Part shown: positions 28,478 to 42,415 of the stretch, in pieces
Numbering within the stretch: the stretch's first letter is position 1
How the letters are laid out: each line of letters begins with the position of its first letter
NCBI RefSeq assembly: GCF_018977255.1
Contig: NW_024704743.1
Span: 20,524,001-20,588,000, forward strand
Reading direction: 5' to 3'
Source: Callorhinchus milii
Lineage: Eukaryota
DNA length: 64,000 bases
Notes under the pieces: model-generated
What the model was told of the DNA's origin: nothing
Database searches by the model: none
What the model saw: only the letters and a program-made list of their open reading frames with translations
Program-made: the position numbers and the translations under genes

Positions 28478-28950
28478 TTCAGTCTTGAGAGGGCAACTTA
28501 GAGGTGTATACAATTTTAAATGGGGTTGAAAGAGTAAACCCAGAACAATACTTTAGGATGCACCATGGGTGACCTCGCAGTGTTAGAGGAATGAGCTGTA
28601 GGCAATGATTAAGCAAGCTAGGGTTCTTCAATCTTGAGAGATTATGTCTCTCAGGAGACATAATAGAGGTGTATAAAATTTTAAATGATAAACTAAACCC
28701 AGTATAATACTAAGGATGCACTAAGTCAGTAGAACAAGATGAATTAGGTTTAGAGTTTGAAAGGGCAATTTTGGGACAGATACCAAGAGTTTTTTCCTTT
28801 ACCCAGGAGGATAGTTAAAGACTGGAACAGGTTGCCAGGAAGGGTGGTTGAAGCCAGGACACTGGACTCATTTAAAAAGCAGCTTGATGTTGTGAAGGAT
28901 GGACATTAGGTTGCGCATTCTGGAGGGATGAGATCCCATGGGCTAAAGAA
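28478..28950 (+). mobile_element. Degenerate CR1 3' fragment with a partial local duplication (similar remnants at ~33690-33850, ~38280-38560, ~46555-46780 on minus, ~15655-15785)
   Basis: tagaggtgtataaaattttaaatg occurs twice; tggaacaggttgccagg..gtggttgaagcc..catttaaaaagcagcttgat. Confidence 0.7.
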
Positions 28951-29620
28951 CATTTTTGTTTTAAACTAATAGTGCGATCTTGTGATATTTATTTTTATTT
29001 TTTGTCAGCTGGGTGTCAGACACATGCGGAAACACATCACCAGCTTAAGAGTATCCAAACCAAGCTGAGAATTCCATGCATCCCACCTACACATGGAAAT
29101 TCCATAGATAGATGTTGGAATGGAATGCACACTCTGAAAGGATGCATCCTGCTTACTTAATTCTGGAAGGTATTAGGCGCAGGTTGACAAGACCCAAGGC
29201 TTGGGTACTCCAGAGTGTGCTTTGGGATGACTCCCTGCCCCCAATGACTGATCTAGTCTTCCAGTTCCTGCTGATGATCCAGGCTGGTGTCGTCACCAGC
29301 AGTGCCCTGGAATACTACGGAACCCCCTCTGGCTCAGGAATTGGACTAGAGACCGCCACAGAGGGCTGGCTCGATTCCGACATTACATTGCCAAGCATGT
29401 CACCTTGGAGCCAGTATAGCTCCAAGGAGACCCGGCTTACTTTTCCCCTAAGGAGGATGATCTTGTAAAATACATATCCTATATATATATTTATAAAATA
29501 TATATCCTGTAAAATACATATCTCAATACACACTGCTCATTGTCTCAATGGTGTAATATGTGCTGTATATTGTTTCATGTATAGAGTTTTCTTCATAAAG
29601 AAAGAATTAGCATGCCTTCT

Positions 29621-29951
29621 ATAATAATAATAATAATAATAATAATAATCCTTGCATTTGATATAGCGCTTTTCACGTCAGGAGGACGTCCCAAAGCGCT
29701 TCACAGAACACACTGTAAAGTGAATTGACTGTATATTTGTGGGCGAACGCGGCAGCCAATTGCGCAAAGCAATGTCCCACAAACAGTTGTAGATTGAAAA
29801 TGACCAATTTATTAGTTTTTTTGGTTTTGGAGGGATTATTATCAGGCGTGTGGAGTAAGGAAACTTGCCTCAAGGTTTCGCCCTGCCTGGAATTGAACTC
29901 AGGTCTCTCGCTTGCAAAGCGAGTGCTCTAACCACTGAGCTACAGGACTCC
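29621..29951 (-). mobile_element. Full-length tRNA-derived SINE, short subfamily
   Basis: Head GGAGTCCTGTAGCTCAGTGGTTAGAGCACTCGCTTTGCAAGCGAGAGACCTGAGTTCAATTCC with Pol III A and B boxes; L2-like tail ending (ATT)n. Confidence 0.92.
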
Positions 29952-31314
29952 ATTTTATTCTAAAATAAAGTTACAGAGAATTAACATTTACACAGGTAGG
30001 AACTCATGTTTTTTTCTTTTTCTATTGATCTGCTCAACTCTGCAAGCCAAATCCCTAATGGATATGGTCCTAGTGGGACAAGCAGCGGGAAGCTTGCCAG
30101 ATGTTGCTCTAAATGGTAAACTGCCCAGTGTTAGCTGGTTAAACTCCAACAATATTCCGAAGCACACTCTGGTATCTCCTATACCTGGTTCTTCCCAATC
30201 TATGTCTCATGCTTTCTAGAATTAGGTAAGGAATGTGCATTGCTCAAAGGGAGAGAGGGAGTACTCATTCCATTCCAGACACAGTGACATTTCTGTGCGT
30301 AGGTAGAATCACAGGTGGATTTCTGACTGGTTTGAATACTTTTAAGCATTTGTGATTTTCTTTTGCATTTGTTGGCCACCAGGCTGACACAATAAAAATG
30401 GGATCTTTAACATTACTCTGAACAGCCAGACAGGACTTCTGTTTTACAATTCATGTACAGTACATTACAGAAGGACATTGATGCCACACTCCACCTGTCA
30501 CCTTTCTGTGATTTTAGTAATTCAGATTGTTACACTGGAATGTCACCTAGAGTAGATCATGATCCCAGCCTACAATCTTCAGAGCCAGTGGGTAGAGTGA
30601 AAAACAACTGAGTCACACTGACATCTAATACTATGAGAGGTCGCAGAATGGCTTCATTCGTCATTGTCAAGTTTTCTTTTCAGACTGACAGATTGATGGT
30701 TATTCTGAATTTTTGGTAAATTGGTAACTAAGGGGCATAATGAATATATAAGGGGAAAGGGAAATCTATACAGCAAGATAATTGCAATAGGTCTGGGACT
30801 GATCCATGAAATAATACATCAGGGTTAGCCCTTAAGGATGCTTCAAAATCTGAAATTTATTTGGTTAAACTCATCAAAAAGAAATGTGATCTGAACTACA
30901 CTGATAAGCCTGGATTCATAATACAATATAATTACAAACTCTAAGGTCATTCATTATGGCTGAAAAAAAAGACTTAAGAGTGACCACATATTAAAGAAAA
31001 TTACAAATGATCCAGATAACTTGTAGTTCACTTACAAATCAATGCAATCCTTTCACTACACTTTACAACAAATTCTATGAAGCATTTCGAGATGTCCTCC
31101 TGACTTGAAAGGCGAAATATCAAATGCAAGAAATATTATAATATTCTGAGACACTGCCCTGAGTGAAGGGCGCTTTATAAGGGCAAGTTGTTGTTGTATA
31201 ATCCAAGTACACATTGGATTGAGGTAGATTCCTCAGTGCCTCAGAATTGTGAGTCTTCAGGCACAAACTTCTTAATGAGGGGACAAGTCTAGCAGGAAAT
31301 CTTTAAATGTGTGG

Positions 31315-31925
31315 AGGATTCAAAACTACTGGCCCATCTCAAACTTGCCCTCATCTCTAAAGTCCTGGAACATGTTATTGCCACCCAACTTCACTCGCAC
31401 CTTTTTCTCCACTCCCTATTCAAGCCCCTCCAGTCTGGTTTCTGCCTGGCCCACAGCACAGAGACAGCCCTTGTCAAAGTCACAAATGTTGTCCTCTCTG
31501 TGACCAGAGTTCCCTCTGCCTCCTTGTCCTTCTGGACCTCTCCGCTGCTTTCAACCCAGTCAACCGTACCATCCTCCTCAACTGCCTCTCCTCTCTCTTC
31601 CCCCTCAATGGAACCTCATTCTCCTGGTTTGAATCCTACTTGCCCCAGCCCCATCATTTTATCTCCACGAATGGTTTCTCCTCCCATCCTGAATGGTCAT
31701 TTGTGGCATACCCCAAGTGTTTGGATAAGCGCTCTGAGAAGCAGTCCGGCGTTAAGGGAGCTCTATCAATGCTAGTTGTTGTTGCTGTTGTTCTATCTTT
31801 TGCTCAAGACCCTCCTCTTTGATCGTGCGTTCGATCACCCCGCTTCCCCCCTTGCTCTCCACCCTCCCCAATCCCGACCCCTAGCTCGGGTCCGAAACTC
31901 TGACTGTCCAGCGCCTTGGGACGTG
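31315..31925 (+). mobile_element. L2 LINE fragments (RT N-terminal part joined to 3' ends)
   Basis: SKVLEHVIATQL..QSGF..HSTETALVKV remnant; L2-type tail pieces at ~31720-31790 and ~31800-31925. Confidence 0.8.
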
Positions 31926-31929
31926 TGTC

Positions 31930-32232
31930 CTGCATTGTCGGAGGTGTGGTCCTTTGGATGAGACGTTTATCCATCTGCCTGTTCAAGTGAACGTTAAAGA
32001 TCCCATGGTACTATTTTAAAATAGAAGGGAGTTTCTTCTGGTTTCCTGGTCAATAATCCTCAAGATAAATCATTGGCCTATCACTCAATGGCTGTTTGTG
32101 GGACATTGCTGTGTGCAAATTGGTAGCTGTGTTCAAATATATGCAGTCAATACACTTTATAATAAATCCTGTGAAGTGCTTTAAGATACTTTGTCAATGT
32201 AATAAAGGTGCTATATCAAATGCAACTATTAT
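31930..32232 (+). mobile_element. Older DeuSINE-like element, 5' truncated
   Basis: ggatgagacgtt...gcctgttcaagtgaacgttaaagatcccatggtactatt core plus tail. Confidence 0.75.
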
Positions 32233-34679
32233 TGTAAAACCCAGGTGCAAAAAATACTAACTGCAGATGTCTGTAATATGCATCTGCAAATTACTTTTAA
32301 TAATAATAATCCTTGCATTTGATATAGCGCTTTTCACGTCTTCTCGACGTCCCAAAGCGCTTCACAGAATATACTGTAAAGTAAATTGACTGTATATTTG
32401 TGGGCGAACACAGCAGCCAATTGCGCACAGCATACTCATACTTTAAGATGTAGATTATTTCTTTTGACTATTACCTTAGTCCTGATCTTGAGCTGACCCA
32501 GTATTTTGCTTTACATTGCCTGAACTTCTCAGTTATATCAAGAAATCACTGGAGTAAGTATTGTGAGATGAGTACAGTCTATAAGTTTGTAATACCCAAT
32601 TATTTTCATATGTCGCAATCATTATTTGTGTTATTTATGGGGAAAGGGAATAGAGGGATAACAACAATAAATTACTTTTGTATAGCGCCTTTCATGTCAG
32701 GACGTCCCAAGGCACTGGACATTCAGGAATTTGGACCCGAGCTGGGGTTGGGATCAGGAGGGATGGAGGGCAGGGAAGCCGGGAAACGAAAAGAGGAATA
32801 GGATGGATGGAGATTCATATGGAGTATAAATACTGGTACGGACTAGTTGAGCTGAATGGCTAGTTTCATGCTATACCTCCTAAGAGCTGAGGAAAGTTTA
32901 CTCGTACTTTTCCAAAGCACAATTCATGAACTATGGAACTGGAATACAAGAATGATTTGAAGGCTCAGTGGTTATAGTTATGAAAAAAATGATATAACTA
33001 GGCTTGAAAAATCAGGTCTGTTTTCACTGGTGCAGGGAAAGGGATCTAAAATATCTCTTCAAAATTCCAAAAGGTTTTGAGAAGATAAATATAAAAGGAT
33101 TATTCTGGATGCATTGTAAATTGGTAACTTGGGGCATAATGATTCTATTCTGTGAATCTGTAGCAGTCAGGGGAAACCCATGCAGTATGCCAACTGCTAA
33201 AGGTCTGGGACTGACAATAATAATTATTATAATAATCCTTGTATTAGATATAGCACCTTATCATGTCATAGGTTTTAAAATATAAGGGTGTAGCAAAAGT
33301 AAATATTGATCTCTCCCACCCCCCTCTGCCCCAGTCATAGATAATACAGCACAAAAGGATCCCATTCATGATTAACAAGCCTTTGCTGTTTCCCAATTTC
33401 CTTGCTCTTTCCTGTATCCTTTAACAGCATTCTGTGAATACTTAGAAACATTTAAAAGAGTGTTGACTATCATCTTAATCATAATAGCCATTTGTGATAA
33501 GATATTAAATGCTTTAACAGCTCTCAGGGTGGTAAGTAAAAATAACACAATGATTAAGACTTCCATGTTGTTGGAGCATACATTCATTTAGTCATCAAGA
33601 CCTGGTATATCGTCAGTGCTTTTATGCAGACTCCATTTTTGCTTGGTTCCATGTTATGAAAATTGGCTGATTGTGATTCAGGACAGACACACGAAAATAG
33701 TTCTTTACCCAGAGGGTGATTACCAATTGGAACAGGTTACCAGCAAGAGTGGTTGAGGCCAGAATGCTGGATTCATTTAAAAAACAGCTCGATGCTGTGA
33801 TGGGAGGATGGATGGTAGGCTGGGTATTCTGTAGGGTAGTTTTCTAACTTGCAAGATTACCACAAGCGTACACTTTTCCAAAATGATGTAGTTACTTCAT
33901 TCAATAACATGAAACTTGCAAACAAGGTGGCCTTGTACCAAGTCTGTAGAGATTGACTGATTTAAACAAGAAAGACCAAGTGAAGTGGAGTTGCGTTAAA
34001 GAATAGGATGGATTTTAGCACGAATGAGAAAGGTAACGCACACAGCTGCCAAAAATACAAAACATTCACAAAAAGAATTGACTGCCCATTGGTAAAGGTA
34101 GAGAAGGATTGAGTGGGTTCACTGACAGGGCACTACCTTCCTGAAGTTGTTAGCAACTAGGCTATCAAAGCATTGGCAATTCAAGACACGCTGGAATATT
34201 GGTCGAAATTATTTCTGGCTGGTTATGAGAACATGAAGACTGCCTTCAATTAATGGTCCTTAAATGGATCGGCTCCAAAAGAAATAAGCCACTCCTTTGT
34301 GTTAGGTGAATTTCTGCTTTTTGGCCTGGACACCATGTGCCTACTTTGGTAGATGTACTTCGAGCTCTTGAGGTTGCCACCCAGCGTGAAGGGCGCTAGA
34401 TAAATGCATGTAGTTGTTGTTATTGCATTGAGCAGCCCTCCTCTTTTCAACAACTATTTTCAGTGTTTTAGGCTTTTTTAAAAAGCGGGTTTGTGGGGAA
34501 ATAAAGAGCTCAACTTTCTTTAAAATTGTTTCAAGTAGAAGAGCCCCTCCAGGGGCTTCCTGATGACAGAACAGCAGGCCTAGCAACAGAGATGCCAAGG
34601 CGGTCACAGGGGGCAGTGACTTGAAAGGCTCCGAGGCATTACCTGCTTGAAAGGCACAATATAAATGCAATTGTTATTG

Positions 34680-35031
34680 TTGCAAGCCAAAGCTTTAATG
34701 GGTAGGATGGTTCTTGCTGGACAAGCAGTGGGAAGCTCGTCAGTTAAAATATTTTCAATGACAAGCAATGTGCTTTTAGCTGATTAAACTCCAGCAGTGC
34801 AGTACCCCAACTACACTCTGGGGTCCCCAAGCCTTGGATCTTGCCAACCTGTACCTAATACTTTCCATTAGGAATTAGGTTAGCAGCATGCGTCCCTCCA
34901 AGGAGAGAGTGCGCATTCCACTCCACACACAGGGAAATTTCCATTTGTAAGTGGCGTCCATCTGTAAAACTGTGAGTTGGATACCATTAAGCATAGCGTG
35001 CGTGAGACACCCAGCTGACCGCAAAAAAAAA
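34680..35031 (+). repeat. Unclassified ~350-nt interspersed repeat with an A-rich end (other copies ~28990-29230 minus, ~30040-30245 plus, ~44075-44432 minus)
   Basis: Shared segments tgcaagccaaa, ggacaagcag.gggaagct, ttagctg.ttaaactcca, acactctgg, gaattagg, gacacccagctgac-An. Confidence 0.65.
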
Positions 35032-35266
35032 CATACTTTGCTACTAATGAAGTCCTTTTCCATAAATTCAAAATGAACTGCTGACACTTTAAGATGCTGA
35101 ATAGCTGTGAGGGAAATGGATGCCATAAACTGAAGTTGGTAACTAGTTCCTGTGGTTAACGGCTCGATATTCTCCTAAATAAGTTTTGGAAATGTTTGAG
35201 TTAGAATGGACATTTGCAGTTAGTAGTACCAGTATGAAAATGATAACAGCAATACAAGTACCTTTT

Positions 35267-35306
35267 GAGACAACAAAGTGCTTTATTTGATAAAGCAAAG
35301 TTTATT
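35267..35306 (-). terminator. Polyadenylation signals of PIP4K2A
   Basis: Minus-strand AATAAA at 35301-35306 and 35282-35287, followed by GU-rich TTTGTTGTCTC. Confidence 0.55.
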
Positions 35307-37508
35307 ATGGAGTGTGTAATTTGCAGCACTAGTACATATTGCATGACGTTGCCTCAATTTAAACAAAAGAACACTTCACCTTACGTGAATGACCAATAAA
35401 GACTGCTGCAGACAAAACAATGTGCGTCATATTTTAAGCTACTAAAGCATTTAAAATACACATGAGCCACAGAGGGAAAATGTTGCCAAAATAAATTTTG
35501 TTTTAAGTGTACCTCTTTCTCCCACATAGGGCTTGCTTCCTGTAGTTCCATTATTAATGGAAACCACAGCATCCTACAGAATATTTGAAATGAAAGTGAC
35601 CGGCACAACGATTATGGAAAAAATTAAATTTTTTAAATACATAAAATATATAACTGTACATTTACATTACAGTGTTAACATCACTATACCAAGAGTAACA
35701 AAACCAATGTTAAATTATTACATAGCCACAGGGATACCACTGCCTTTGGCCACTGGAGATGCTGAAATTCACTGGAATCCAAGTGCGATCTAGGTAACTG
35801 CTACCTAATGTGAAGCGCTTACAAGTTTGTTGTTCAAACAGCATGGATACATTTTTACTAGGAAAGGCATTCTGACACTCCTTGTTTGCTCAGACACCCA
35901 TAAGTCAAGGGAGAGCACAGTTTAATAATTGTAGGTGATGAAATTGATATAATAGTAGTAACAGTAACTTCAATGATTTAACCAGGGAAAAGGCACAACT
36001 GTTGAACAATGTGTACTTTGAAGATATTAAGCAAGGTTAGCTTCCTGTAGCATGGCATAATCTACACAATTGAGATGGTGACGGTAGTACAGAAATTAAC
36101 ATAACTCGATCAATCCCTATTTATTTAAAAGCATCAACAGGTAACGAGGATGGCCACAGTTTCAGGCAACCATTTATTACAATTTACATTACGGCTACAA
36201 AACTCAAACAGAAAGGCAACCAAGTGAATTCTGAAATATGACTAGCGTGCTCCTAAATCTTAAATGGTTGGTACTGTATATGAAAATGAGATGAGCGATG
36301 GAAGGAGCAATTCACATCAAATTTAATTAGATGCCAAGGCCGCCTTAGAACATTTGCCATTGCAGAGAATTTATTGGAAGCCATGTTAACATGAATTAAC
36401 TAGCTATGCTTTGACCCCAAACAAAGTCTCCGACCATTGCAAGTTATGAACTATTAGCATAGGAAGGAAAATAATTTTGCTTTTCTAACAACGGGTTAAG
36501 TTTAAGTTAAGATATGAAACAAACAAAAAAAATCAATCTGCTAATTCAAGGATAAACTGAACGGTTTAAAAATGGAGCTTCACATTCTATCACTGCGTTC
36601 AAACAATTACAGTGAAATCCAATGTGATGATCGTGATATTCATGATGTTAAAGCCTTTAGCATGTACCCTATTTTTTTGTTTTAAAAAGGGAAAGAATGC
36701 TAGAAATGTAGTAAAGTGTTGCCCGAAACAATGCTAAATAATCATAAGGCAAATCCTAGCACTTAAAGCGTATCTTTTCTGTACTGTGGCCATTCAGTTT
36801 ATAAGAACTTCAAATCATCCAACTACTGTTAATAGCAGTGAGCAAAATGTTTTGATTTCTTATTTGCATCCCATCCAAGAACTTTTTTTTCTGAAACATA
36901 CAATTAGTATAAGCTGCCCAAAGTGGTGATTTAAGACAAATTGACTTTGACATAAATTTACAATACTTTGAACGTTTTATTATGGCAGGACTCCCTTTGA
37001 ACAAACAATATACCGTATATAGCTACCTTAGGAGTGCCAGCATGCACAATGAAAGTGTAACAATAACAAGTTAAACGAATACTGCTCTGCCTCTTTCAGT
37101 TCAAGTGATAAACCGATCCACAGTTTATAGTTTGATACCAGTAATTGCTTGCGTCAATTAGCATGCATTTTCTTCCCGTTTTGTGAGTACCTCTTCCCAT
37201 AAAGTTCCATCACATCCAGTCTTGGGAGTGTTGTGAAAGCAGTGCACTCTGAGCAGATTTAAAATTTTTTTCCTTTTTTTTGGTAAAAATAAAGTCATTA
37301 ATAGCAAGTACTGTGCTGGGAGTTTCAGGAAGCAGTTAAAGCTATTTTCCATCAGTCATCTTATCCGGAAGATGTAAACAAGGGAACGCTTTCAGCAAGA
37401 CGAACACTGCAGATGCCATTTTTTCATTGAGCCCCATTTCTGTCCCACGTCTTCATCACCCCTCCCATCCCCCTTTCCCGCATGTGTCCCCACATTACAC
37501 TTGATAGG
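35270..37508 (-). other. PIP4K2A: Probable PIP4K2A 3' UTR (~2.2 kb)
   Basis: AT-rich stretch after the stop with no recognised repeats, ending at two AATAAA signals; the 3' end is inferred. Confidence 0.6.
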
Positions 37509-37589
37509 CTATGTCAAGATACTAGCAATAAAATCCAAGAAGCGCTTCGAGTACTGCTCTGGGTTGACTGTGGAGATCTCTGCACCAGC
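37509..37589 (-). CDS. PIP4K2A: PIP4K2A last coding exon (exon 10 equivalent) to the TAG stop
   Basis: Translates AGAEISTVNPEQYSKRFLDFIASILT*; acceptor tgtgttatag; stop TAG at 37509-37511. Confidence 0.96.
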   Translation of the reverse strand, partial: AGAEISTVNPEQYSKRFLDFIASILT

Positions 37590-38635
37590 CTATAACACAC
37601 AGAAAATAGGATTACTATGGTTTCTCTTTAACATATCTCACAATTGGCTGCCACGTTCCACCCAGAAAATATGCAGTCAATTCAATTTACAGTATATTCT
37701 GTGAAGTGCTTTGAGACATCTCAAAACGTGTTAAGGCGCTATATCAAATGCAAGGATTATTATTATTATAATTATATTCTGATTTAGCACTCTGTAAATC
37801 AGTAACAAATAATCTGGTTTCAGAATATGAAGAATAATAATTTTCAAAAGTGTCCCTTTTCTTCTCATGTCCCAGAATCTGGATCTTAATTGTATGGGTG
37901 GAGCATAGCAAGGGTAAAATAAAACCTAAACAATTCCTTACACTTTAGGAAGGGGCAAAATTGTTAACCTGGGTGACATTAGCTTTGAGAAATAGAACTC
38001 GATCTAATTTGATTCATTCAGTGTCAGCCAACATTTCCAGGTCAGGTATAGCAGAAGTGTATCCTGCAGTCTAAAAATGGAATGGAGCATTAGTGACATT
38101 TTTGATAGGTTTAAGTCTCGAGTCTTTAACCACTTCATGTTCACAATGACGGTAACTCGAGTTCTAAAATATTTTAATTTACCGTTTTCAAATTGATACC
38201 CAATCAATAAAATAAAACAATAATATTTAGTTAAATTAGTTAAGTCACTTCTTTGATTTAAAAAAACAGACTAAAAATTAAAATCATATGATCAAGTACT
38301 TTTGAGGATATAGATGAACTGAACCATAAGATTGTTTGGAATGGCACAGAATGGTGAATGTGTGGAATAGTCTACCAAGGGTGGTGGTGGCGCAGGCAGA
38401 TTCTGTCAGCAACGTTAAGAGGGAATTAGGTAACCGTTTGGAAAAGAAACATTGGAAATAAAGGACAGATTAGTGTAGGATTATACTTTGGGGGATTTTT
38501 GACCTTGGGACTGGCAGATGGACCAGAGTGAACTTTGCTGGTCCTATACGTTCCAAGATTTTGTACTTTAATCTCGGAGTATCTCCTCCCTGAATAAATT
38601 ATACAAACATCAGGGATTATCACCAACTGAAACAC

Positions 38636-39012
38636 GGCTCAGTGTAGTTCAGTGGTTAGAGCACGCGCCTCGCAAGCGAGAAGACCTGGGTTTGAATCCC
38701 GGCAAGGCAAAATGTTGGGCAAGTTTCCTCACTCCACGCGCCTTTGTTTACCTAGCAGTAAGTAGGAACCAGGTTGTTAGTCGATCGGTGGATCACTTTT
38801 CCAGGGGTAATAATCCCTTCAAAAATAAAATAATGATAATAATAATTTGGTCATTCAATCCACTGTTTGTGGGACAGTGCTGTGCGCAATTGGCTGCCGC
38901 GATTTGTCCACAAAATATAGTCATTTCACTTTATTCTGCGAAATGCTTTGCGAAGTCTCAATGACGTGATAAGCTGCTATATCAAATGCAAGGATTATTA
39001 TTATTATTATTA
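38636..39012 (+). mobile_element. Full-length tRNA-derived SINE, long subfamily
   Basis: tRNA head, central GTTTACCTAGCAGTAAGTAGGAACC segment, (ATT)n tail. Confidence 0.9.
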
Positions 39013-39068
39013 TAACTGTAAGAGCCAATGCATTTTAAAAGAAACACATTGTAGGAACAATTACTTAC

Positions 39069-39172
39069 TCCATGTTTGACTGTTTTGGCAGCATGTGCAG
39101 CTTTCTTCTTTGCATCATAATGTGTCAGAATGTCAATAATTCCCATAAAGTACACCTCCTTCCTTGGGGAGT
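39069..39172 (-). CDS. PIP4K2A: PIP4K2A coding exon (exon 9 equivalent), 104 nt, phase 1/0
   Basis: Translates (N)[34 protein letters not shown] (IID motif and activation loop); acceptor ttttacag, donor gtaagt. Confidence 0.96.
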
Positions 39173-39774
39173 CTGTAAAATAAAGTTGCAGTTTATGAAC
39201 TGGATTCTAATAAACTGCACAGTAAAGTATTTTCAAAGATGGAAACAATTATATGTTTCCATTATAGTTGAGAATGCGATGAGTTACTAGTTAACACGTA
39301 ACTAGTCACCGTCTCAACTTCTTTTACCTTTGCATAGCATAAAAGAAGAAAAGTGCTCCCCGTGTACATTGATTGATATTTCTATTTATAACTTCTCTTA
39401 GGGATAACGTTTTCTTTCCTTTGAAACCTGTTACCTCGTATCCCAATTTGCACCAGATCCAGATTAAAGGCACATGTCATGGCAGCATCCAGGAGTCAGA
39501 GCACCTGGATGCACCCATTGTATTCAGATGGTACAACGTTTCCTGGCACAAGTACCTCTGCTTCACAATACAATATGGTTGATATGATATCACCTTCTAT
39601 ACAACCAAATGAAATTCCTTCACAATACACATCATAGATGCAATAGACAGTAAACTCCTGATAACAACTCCTGGCTTAACTTGTCACTACCATTAAAGTA
39701 TCCATGCCTAACTCAACACACCTGATAACTGGTCGCTGCGGATTTTCCCCTTGGAGCAACGAGTTATCAAGAGT

Positions 39775-40325
39775 TTGACACCGTGCTCTTCATGTAAGAT
39801 AACATCCGAGAGCTTCACAGCACTAGGGTTAGACTCTGAGTGAGGGAGAGTTTTGGTCAAAGAGGCAGGCTTTAAAGTAGGATTGAAAGATAAATAATGA
39901 GGAGTGTGAGCAGAGGGATAGAGGCAGGGAGTTCAAGAGGTTAGGAGTGTAGTGACTGACGGCTTGGTCCCTGACGGTAGCAAAGAGGGGGAAGGGGACA
40001 CACAGCCGACTGGTTAGCTGAGAGGGCAGGAGAGCGCGGTTAGAGGAGTGCGGAATGAGAAGATCAGAGAGGTAAGTAGGTGCTAGGGTGTAAAGGGACA
40101 GTGAGGAACTTGAAGTCAATCTGTTTGGAGATGGGGAATCAGTGGAGCCTGGCGATTTATGGGGGTGTGGAGTTTAGTGCGGGTGAGGATATGTATTACC
40201 TGGAAATTGTGGGCGCTGGAACTCGGGAGACCAGTGAAGAGAAATAATTTATTTATTTCAGAAATAAATTTATTTCAGAAATAAAAGCGGGAGGTGACAA
40301 AAGCGTGCATGATTGTTTTGGCAGC
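39775..40325 (-). mobile_element. Old L2 LINE fragment
   Basis: LAPTYLSDLL and QAVSHYTPNLLNSLP..FKACLF remnants. Confidence 0.75.
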
Positions 40326-42415
40326 ATTTTCGTGACACATGGACCAACTGTGTGTGTGAGTAGAGGCCTGTAATAGCACATCCAAGATGGGAAAGATATG
40401 CACTAACCCAAATTCTCTCTTAGAAAGTAGCAGTGATATTATTTCATAAAAACAGGTAGGTGGAGTATACTTAAGTACTTCTCCCTCATTTGTCCTGCTT
40501 CAAGAAACACAAGTTAACCAAAATGTTTTCCCGTGAATCATCAGTCAAAAGATATTTTTGATATTTCAATTTCAGTCTTTAACTGCCCATATATTTTAGC
40601 ATTCACTTATTAAAATAAATGCTCACCTGTAAACCAATAATAATGAGCAGGAAACCTATTTATTTCTGTACCAAGGCTTCTATCCAGATTCTTTATTTCC
40701 TCTTACACACTTTACAAAGTTTGACAAACACGTGGGAATTTTACACTTTGATCTTGATCAAATTTGTGTGATAAATTTGGGCAACATTGAACACTGAATT
40801 CCGTCCGTAACATTTAATGGGTTGAAGTTTCTTTTGATTCATTCAAAAGGCAAACAACGGTAACTTGTTAATATAGACATCTAAAACACAGCTTTGTATC
40901 GAAAGTAGATATCTTGACGACGTGCTAAGGCATTATTTAAATGCAAGTATTATTAAATTGTTTTCAAATGTCTAATATTTCAGGATGAGGATGTGGTACA
41001 TTAAAATTTGGGTATGGCCAGATAATTTTTTCCATTCCTGTATATTTACACATTGCCAATGTGCAACATCCATTTATAAACCTGAATAGTTAAGCTACTT
41101 TACAACTTTAAACTCAAAATCACTTTTGACTGCTGAGCACGGAAAGTGTTACAATACTTAGTGTATGTGAAGAAAGACTAACCAACACTGCTGCTGGCTG
41201 CTGAATGTAATAGGATAGTAAAACAGTGATCATGTTACATAGGATTGCCACCTCTTGCCAAGTCCAGAGTCAAACATTGGCAGAATCCCAGCTATAACTT
41301 CACGTTTATAGGCAACATGAATGCAGTTGGCAAGGTGATGGGAATGTGTTCAAGCCACAAACGTCTAATTACTTGCAGCCAATCACACAAACGTTCAAAG
41401 ACTCTGCCTGACCGGAATGTAAAGTTCCACAATTAATGGTTATGTTTCATTGCTAAAATACAGCTGAGCCAGGCTAACATGTTTTCCAGGTGCTACTCAG
41501 CAGTGGACAATTAATTGCTATTTAATTGTTAATGTTTTTCATATGACTGGTGTGTGATACAGAATAATGCTGGGCAATCGTGTTGATAATAATAATTCTT
41601 GCATTTGATTAAAGCGCCTTATCACATCATCGAGACGTCTCAAAGCGCTTACAGAATATGCTGTAAAGTGAATTGACTGTACATTTTGTGGGCGAAATCG
41701 GCAGCCAATTGCGCACTGCTGTGTCCCACATTATTTTTTTGTGTGATGAAAACATAGTACCTCCCAGTCAAACAGACTTACTTAAAATAGATTCTAAGAG
41801 ACTTCACTTAATTATATTTAAAACCATGGGGTAATTCAGATGAAGGTACATGCCCCTTAGGAATGTGTGAATCACATTCCTAAACTATCTTTTCATCTTA
41901 CTTGCTCTCAGTTACCCTTCAAAGTAATTACTGATGACTGTAATAGAGAAATCCATTATAAAACTTGAGGTGTTTAAATTTAATCTTTAGTTAATTATTC
42001 ATTTTTAATGATAAAACTACACAACTACTTGATTCATTTAATTAGAGCTTGTGAATGTTTACCACATTGTGATTTACTGCAACGTTTGCTGCATTGTTTG
42101 TTCCACAATAAACATCTTCTTGTGAAATATATACTGAGAATTTTATTTTAAACCTAACAGTTGAAGCATGATAGAGAGGCCATAGATTCAATTTATCTTT
42201 TGGATCAGGGCATTGACCTGAAAACTCACAAGCAAAGTCAGGAGTGAGTTATGGTCAGTATCCCTGGAATAGATACAAATCAGATCCCCATGGCTTCTTT
42301 TCATGCTCTCTGTTTATATTGCAACCAAGCCAAGAGTTCAATTTGAAGTGTGACAGCAGAAATATCACAAAATAATCCTTAAAATAAAAAATGGCGTTCC
42401 TAATTAGTAGATCTC

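Noticed and set aside
29880..29951. tRNA-like sequences (also ~38636, ~42594, ~46350)
   Set aside because: SINE heads: they run straight into SINE body and tail, with no proper acceptor stem or Pol III terminator
1..35000. SPAG6 or BMI1 exons expected from human synteny
   Set aside because: No matching peptide found in the ORF track or by eye; short exons could have been missed
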